Source: an uncultured euryarchaeote
GTDB taxonomy: Archaea > Thermoplasmatota > Poseidoniia > Poseidoniales > Poseidoniaceae
Direction: 5' to 3'
Length of the DNA: 64,000 nucleotides
NCBI GenBank assembly: GCA_937899865.1
Contig: CALBRH010000044.1
Span: 32,001-96,000, forward strand
The translations under genes were made by a program, and so were the position numbers. Shown one piece after another: positions 58,553-64,000 of this stretch. Under the pieces are notes generated by a model, which saw nothing but the letters and a program-made list of their open reading frames with translations, had not been told where the DNA came from and did no database searches. Every line of letters starts with the position of its first letter. Position 1 is the stretch's first letter.

Positions 58553-61500
58553 ATGTCTTCAAATCTTAAGAAAAAAAGTGTTTCAATGATAGCCTTGATG
58601 TTTGCATCGGTCATGCTATCGATGATTTCAGTACCATCAGTTTCTGCTGCAGGAATAAATCAAACTACAGCAGGATTGCTTAACGGTCAAGAAACTTGGA
58701 CTGGCACTCACACTTTGACTGATAATGTTACGGTTGCACCTGGTGCAACATTGGTTGTTAATGCTGGGTCAACAATTAACATACCGTTTGGTAAATTCAT
58801 CGATGTTAGGGGTGCTATTTGTGTGGCTGCTAGGGTTTGTGGCGCACCAGCGGATGGCTCAGTCGGAAATGAGGTAACATTCTCATGGAGCATTCCATCA
58901 GAAGCAGAATATCTTGTTCGAGGTTCATGTTTGGGAAGTGTTGACGCAGCATGTGGTTCTGGAATGATAATTAGAAACACAATCGATGAATCAAAGACTG
59001 GTTTGAATTTTGTTGAGTTTGAAAATGCCTTTGGCTATGAGTATATTTACTATGTTGGAAGTAATCCTCAAGCAAAATATGCGGCTTTAGTTTTGGATGG
59101 ACCAAGAACCAATGCTAATGGTTTAATCTTCACCAATACTAACGCATCAAACATCTTTTTGACTAATTTAGCAAACCCTACAATAACAGACTCGACATTT
59201 TCTTTGGGAGTTGATGGATATTCACTGGGTAAGCGTGCTGCTATTGATGCATTGGGTGCAGGTGCTGGAATATCGGATCCAATGAGTATCTCAAGTTCAA
59301 CATTTACTGGCGATTCTGAAGGTTCTTGTGGAAATAGTGGTACTGGTATACAAATGATATATGTCGATAATTCTTACGTATCTTTTGATGACATTACTAT
59401 TTCTGATAATGGGTTTGGTGTTTTCATGAAAGAGTCTTCAGGGAAATTAATTAATTCAGATATTTCAATAAATTGTGCTGCAGTAAATACTAATGGACAT
59501 AAGCAAACAGGTTCAATAAAACATACCTTGGAAATAAATGACAATGTTCTAACAACTGCGGAAGGAGCTGGGATTACGGCTTATGATCAAGCGATTATTT
59601 CTGCATCACGGAATACAATTTCAGGTGCTGAGCAAGGTTCTGGAGTAGCCATACGTTCTTCCATAGCAGAGTTATATGATAACAACATTGGCCCTATTGG
59701 TGGATTTAATGGGCTGTGGATTTATGGAACATCAGATGTAATTGCTATTGGCAACAATATTTCTAACACAGGAAAGGAAGCAGTAGTTCACGGTGAATAT
59801 CACTACCAAGATAGTGGATGGCCTTCTATCCAACCTTCGGAATCAAGGCTATTTATGGAAAATAACATTATTGACAATAATTCTGGAACATGTAACTCTG
59901 TCAAGATGTATGGCGGAGATTTTCAATGCCCTGCAATTCATATTTTCCGTGCTTCGGCAACTTTGTATAACAATGTTGTAAAAAATAACGTTGGTGATGC
60001 ATTAAGAATAAAGGGTGGAATAGTTAATGTCCAAAACAATGACATGCAAACCAATAGTTTTGCTGTCAACATATCTCATCATGATGATAATTATGGCAAC
60101 AAATATGGCTCAATTGGTTATTTCTCCGGTAATACCTTCGTAGGTGCATTACAAGTTTACAATATAACTGAATCAATGGTAACAATACAATCAGAAAATA
60201 TACCTGCACCTGGAGGCAATGAATTGTATCCAATCAATATGCAATGGCTTGGCGCCGAATGTCCAGATGTTCAAAATGAGTGTCTTAAGTTGCCTAATAC
60301 TGCAAATATGCCGCCAGCTGAAATGCCTATGGCATTAGAATTAGTTAACAATTCTACTGTTTTATCATTTGCAGGTCTACAAAATTTTGATACCTCGAAG
60401 ATTCATGTTACTAATCAACAATCTGCTTGGGGCAATCAAGTTAGAGAAGGTGAATTAGTCAAGTTTAGAGTGAAGGCAGCAAATGTAGATGTTGAAGGTG
60501 CAACTGTAATTATCAAAGATGCGGTTGGAACTCCACTTTACACAATGATTACCGATGCACAAGGATACACTGATGAAGTGACATTAGCTAGTGATTTTTA
60601 TCTAGATCGAAACAATAACCATGTTGTTGGTGAAAGTAACGTACAAGTTCAGTTAGCAAATGCATCAGGTGGTCCACCTATTGTTAGAACACTTGATGAG
60701 AATACCTGTTCAGATGGTTATGATAATGACGGTGATACATTAACAGATGATGACGATACTGATTGTTTAAATGATAGAGAAATACCTCAATATAAGGTAG
60801 AAGCCTATAAATTTGGCAAAGGTGTATTTGAGTATGATTTCGTATTAACTGGGCCAGTTGATGATATTATTTCGTTAGTAAATGTGGCTCCAAGTGTGAC
60901 AGTTGAGCAACCCGAATTGACCTCATTTGCTCGTGTAGTGACATTATCGGGTACTGCTTGGGATGGAGAAGCGCCTCCATATGCAAGTGATATAATTGCA
61001 CAACAGAAACAATTCGGTTATGTAGAAGATGTTCAAGTTCAACCTCCAGGCTCAAGTGTTTGGATTTCAGCAGTTGATACATCGAACTCAGGTGGTGAAA
61101 TTACACAAGGCAGTTATCCATTTAGTACATGGTCTTTCCAATATGATATGTCAGATCATGCTGAAGGAGAAGGTGATGTAACATTTAGAATACGCTCTTT
61201 TGATGGATTAGATTATTCGCCAATTACTGTGAAGAAATATAAATTAAATCTACAAGCACCTAGCATAGTTGTTAATACTCCAGCTCAAAACTCTCAACAT
61301 GATACTAATTCTCCGAAAGGTTCGGTAATTTCCTTTAGTGGTACGGCAAGCGATCCTTACTTCGGAGTAAATGGAAATGATATCAAGGAAATTTGGTTTG
61401 AAATTTTTGAGAATTCCAATCCTCAATTTGCTTCAAAATTTGCCATTACTCCAGCACCTGGTGAAACACTGTCAGCTTGGCAATATGATTGGAATTACAG

Positions 61501-62938
61501 AACTTATGCTTCTGGAAGTTATACATTTAAGATTTGGGCGGCTGATAGTGACTTCTGTAAAGATGATACAAGTGATGAAACATGTGTTGTCGTCACATTG
61601 AATCTTCAAATTACTAATGAAAATGCTCAACCAAATATCGCTCTTGATTATCCATTTAATAATGAAGTGATTAGAGGAAGTGAATCGACTTCTATTGCAG
61701 GATATGTATGGGATAATGATGGAATTATCACTAGAGTTGACATTGATATCTATAAGAATGGTAGAGATAGTGGTTCTGCAGCAAATACAATTACAGTTAC
61801 ACAAAACCTAATCCAGGATGGTGGATTTAATACCTCATGGAACCAAAATACAATTTGGAAAACAAATAACTTGCCGCATAACTCGATGTATGAGATTGTC
61901 ATAAGGTCATTTGATGGAGAAACATACTCAGAAGAGGAGATAAGATTTGTTACAATTGATAACTCTGTAGATAATTCTCCACCGTCGTTTAATCCAGATG
62001 GTTGGGCAAATACTGTTGTAGTATATTGTGATGCGAATTCAAAGAGTCTTGATAGTTGTGGCTCTGGGGCAACTTTTGACCTCACTCAATACTTTACTGA
62101 CCCAGAAGGTGGATTGCTAAGATATGACGTATACAACGATCCGAGTGTTCCTACTGACGATTTATACTATGATTATGTATCAATCTCTTCTGAAGGAATT
62201 GCTACTTACAACCCGCCAACAATTCGCTCTGACGATATATCTCAATGGTCTTTAGTGCAATTGAAATTTATTGCAACTGATAATAGTGATTTATGGGAAG
62301 TTTCTCGTTCAGTAAATGTGATTGTAAAATCAGTTTCTTTCGAGGTAATTCGAGAAGGAACTGGAATAATCAGTGATTCAGAACCAGCAATATTCTCCGG
62401 GCAAGGTCTGCCAGATAGTCTTGTTAAAGCCCGATTCGATTCTAAGTCAGGTCAAATGATTAATTCTACTAGAGTCCTTGCTGATGGAACATGGAGCATG
62501 GAGATTAGTGCCAGTCAATTAGGTTCAAAGGATACTCGAGAAATAGTATTCGAAATGGATGGGCAAATTTTTGCTGGTGAACAAGGCGGTGATGCGTTAT
62601 TCCAACTGTCTTCAAAGTCCGAGTCAGAGAGTGGTAATTTGCTTCTTTACATTATTATTGCAGTAGTTGTTATAGCTGCACTAATTGCGATTGGTGCATT
62701 CTTCTTTACCTTCGAAGAATATGATGATGAAGAAGAATTAAATGAAATTAATCAGGTTCAAGAAGATCCTTATGCATGGGCTAAAGCAAAACAGGTGCCA
62801 AATATATCTCAGCAAGTTGTGCAAGAACCAGTTCAGCAACAAGTAGTTCAACAGACATCTCAACATCCAGGATGGTTATGGGATGCTCAAACTAATCAAT
62901 GGGTCCCAGATCCAAATTATGTCCATAATAAGCAATGA
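58553..62938 (+). CDS. Large surface protein: right-handed beta-helix repeats, Ig-like domains, TM and Gln/Trp-rich tail
   Basis: Signal peptide; repeated N-x-I/F-x-x-N beta-helix turns; P-x-V/I-x-I/V-x-x-P Ig starts and W-x-Y-x-W strands; TM; tail QHPGWLWDAQTNQWVPDP. Confidence 0.8.
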   Translation: MSSNLKKKSVSMIALMFASVMLSMISVPSVSAAGINQTTAGLLNGQETWTGTHTLTDNVTVAPGATLVVNAGSTINIPFGKFIDVRGAICVAARVCGAPADGSVGNEVTFSWSIPSEAEYLVRGSCLGSVDAACGSGMIIRNTIDESKTGLNFVEFENAFGYEYIYYVGSNPQAKYAALVLDGPRTNANGLIFTNTNASNIFLTNLANPTITDSTFSLGVDGYSLGKRAAIDALGAGAGISDPMSISSSTFTGDSEGSCGNSGTGIQMIYVDNSYVSFDDITISDNGFGVFMKESSGKLINSDISINCAAVNTNGHKQTGSIKHTLEINDNVLTTAEGAGITAYDQAIISASRNTISGAEQGSGVAIRSSIAELYDNNIGPIGGFNGLWIYGTSDVIAIGNNISNTGKEAVVHGEYHYQDSGWPSIQPSESRLFMENNIIDNNSGTCNSVKMYGGDFQCPAIHIFRASATLYNNVVKNNVGDALRIKGGIVNVQNNDMQTNSFAVNISHHDDNYGNKYGSIGYFSGNTFVGALQVYNITESMVTIQSENIPAPGGNELYPINMQWLGAECPDVQNECLKLPNTANMPPAEMPMALELVNNSTVLSFAGLQNFDTSKIHVTNQQSAWGNQVREGELVKFRVKAANVDVEGATVIIKDAVGTPLYTMITDAQGYTDEVTLASDFYLDRNNNHVVGESNVQVQLANASGGPPIVRTLDENTCSDGYDNDGDTLTDDDDTDCLNDREIPQYKVEAYKFGKGVFEYDFVLTGPVDDIISLVNVAPSVTVEQPELTSFARVVTLSGTAWDGEAPPYASDIIAQQKQFGYVEDVQVQPPGSSVWISAVDTSNSGGEITQGSYPFSTWSFQYDMSDHAEGEGDVTFRIRSFDGLDYSPITVKKYKLNLQAPSIVVNTPAQNSQHDTNSPKGSVISFSGTASDPYFGVNGNDIKEIWFEIFENSNPQFASKFAITPAPGETLSAWQYDWNYRTYASGSYTFKIWAADSDFCKDDTSDETCVVVTLNLQITNENAQPNIALDYPFNNEVIRGSESTSIAGYVWDNDGIITRVDIDIYKNGRDSGSAANTITVTQNLIQDGGFNTSWNQNTIWKTNNLPHNSMYEIVIRSFDGETYSEEEIRFVTIDNSVDNSPPSFNPDGWANTVVVYCDANSKSLDSCGSGATFDLTQYFTDPEGGLLRYDVYNDPSVPTDDLYYDYVSISSEGIATYNPPTIRSDDISQWSLVQLKFIATDNSDLWEVSRSVNVIVKSVSFEVIREGTGIISDSEPAIFSGQGLPDSLVKARFDSKSGQMINSTRVLADGTWSMEISASQLGSKDTREIVFEMDGQIFAGEQGGDALFQLSSKSESESGNLLLYIIIAVVVIAALIAIGAFFFTFEEYDDEEELNEINQVQEDPYAWAKAKQVPNISQQVVQEPVQQQVVQQTSQHPGWLWDAQTNQWVPDPNYVHNKQ

Positions 62939-62950
62939 TATGGTGATTTG

Positions 62951-64000
62951 ATGGCTAATGCAAAACCTGGTGTGCAAGAGAGAATCTTGTTACATTTACT
63001 TGACTATTCTGATTACAAGAATAGTGTTGAAGTGCCATTTTCATTGTCTCAAATGGGTATTGCAAATGCCGTAGCCATTGCTCGTTCAAATGTTCCAAGG
63101 GCAATTGCTGGACTAAAAGACCAAGGTTTGTTGATTGAAAGACAGGCGCACGTCAAAGGAGTATCTAGGAAAAGGAAGGCATACTTCTTAACAGATTCAG
63201 GAAAAAATTTAGCAGAAGAGACATGGAATGAATTACGGGCATTTCCAGTTAGATGCATACTAAGTGATGGCAAGATTGAATCCTCAACGTTGGGTGAAAT
63301 AAACACAATACTTCCTTTCACTATGCGTTCTGTAGATATTATCCGGTATATGGATGATAATTGTATACTAGATTCTAGAAGCCTATCTGCAGATTTAATC
63401 GAAAGAGATCTTTCTAAACATGTGGAAAAACAATTGGTTACTGCATTGGGTGATTTGCCTAGGTTACGTCATTTCTATGGCAGAGAAAAAGAACTTGATA
63501 ATATGTTTAATTTGCTTGAAGCAAGAGCAACAACTCTTCTAGTTCCGGGGATAGCAGGAATTGGAAAAACCACAATGGCTAGTAAACTGATTGAGCGTTT
63601 CATGCATCGAAGAAATTTGCTGTATCATCGTTGCCAAGATTGGGAAGGCTCACGTTCATTTTTTGAATCAGTTGGAGAATGGTTGGCAAATATTGGAGAT
63701 TCAACATTTGCTGACTATATTGCTACAACTCCAGTACCTAAACCGGCAGAAGCTGCAAACTTGCTAATCAATGCCTTGGAAGGAACTCCATCACTGATAG
63801 TCATAGATGACTTCCATAAGGTGGCAGATGCAACATTACATCAAACATTCCAAACGATGGCATTAGGATTACTTGGAAGTGAAGAAAAAATAGGTTTAGT
63901 GCTTTTCTCTAGGTCTTTCAAACCCGTTGTACCATCAAAGGATGCAGAAGGAAGAATTGCTAGTTTAGTATTGCCTCTAGATGGACTTGATTCGGATTCA
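62951..64000 (+). CDS. Winged-HTH plus STAND-class P-loop NTPase, 3' end cut by the window (absent from the ORF track)
   Basis: ATG 62951 after GGTGA; 350 open codons by manual translation. SQMGIANAVAIARSNVPRAIAGL HTH, FYGREKEL (hhGRExE), GIAGIGKTT Walker A (63548) and LIVIDDFH Walker B. Confidence 0.88.
   Translation, partial: MANAKPGVQERILLHLLDYSDYKNSVEVPFSLSQMGIANAVAIARSNVPRAIAGLKDQGLLIERQAHVKGVSRKRKAYFLTDSGKNLAEETWNELRAFPVRCILSDGKIESSTLGEINTILPFTMRSVDIIRYMDDNCILDSRSLSADLIERDLSKHVEKQLVTALGDLPRLRHFYGREKELDNMFNLLEARATTLLVPGIAGIGKTTMASKLIERFMHRRNLLYHRCQDWEGSRSFFESVGEWLANIGDSTFADYIATTPVPKPAEAANLLINALEGTPSLIVIDDFHKVADATLHQTFQTMALGLLGSEEKIGLVLFSRSFKPVVPSKDAEGRIASLVLPLDGLDSDS

Noticed and set aside
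3362-63321. Many 60-150 aa antisense or out-of-frame ORFs nested in long genes (e.g. 9706-10059, 17364-17777, 34435-34884, 57934-58350, 63049-63321)
   Set aside because: They lie wholly within well-supported genes, show no motifs and have the S/P/I-rich composition of antisense frames.
37666-64000. Antiviral defence island (dNTPase plus STAND)
   Set aside because: The genes are 24 kb apart among housekeeping genes, with no other defence genes or mobility signs.

Overview
This is a densely coding, AT-rich archaeal chromosome segment with no CRISPR array, rRNA, integrase or transposase. The archaeal-type PheS, CarS, AglB/STT3, split GMP synthase subunit B, GGTGA ribosome-binding sites and many large acidic single-pass surface proteins point to Thermoplasmatota, most likely Marine Group II (Ca. 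Poseidoniales); this is an inference. Housekeeping content: folD, pheS, thiR-thiBPQ, gcvT-gcvPA-gcvPB, purE, guaAB, carS, purD and three tRNAs (Thr-TGT, Asn-GTT, CAT-type probably Ile2), all with encoded CCA. Most interesting: (1) a closely spaced minus-strand run (26.1-37.6 kb) of a membrane-anchored multi-OB-fold protein, a TctA/DUF112 membrane protein, a 6xLTD-phospholipase D-family protein, YccA, a 2OG-Fe(II) dioxygenase and a bacterial-type thymidine phosphorylase, divergent from a SAMHD1-like HD hydrolase, which is a candidate extracellular DNA/nucleotide scavenging system; (2) a group II PLP decarboxylase with the exact aromatic-x19-S-x-Y selectivity motif of cysteine sulfinate decarboxylases; (3) a 3181-aa AglB with extra N-terminal TMs, about 2000 aa of sequon-rich Ig-like repeats and a second C-terminal anchor, followed by a prodomain-less subtilase; (4) Trp-rich cytoplasmic tail motifs shared by unrelated surface proteins; (5) a wHTH-STAND NTPase cut by the right edge and absent from the ORF track. 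All domain calls were made by eye from motifs; no database search was run.
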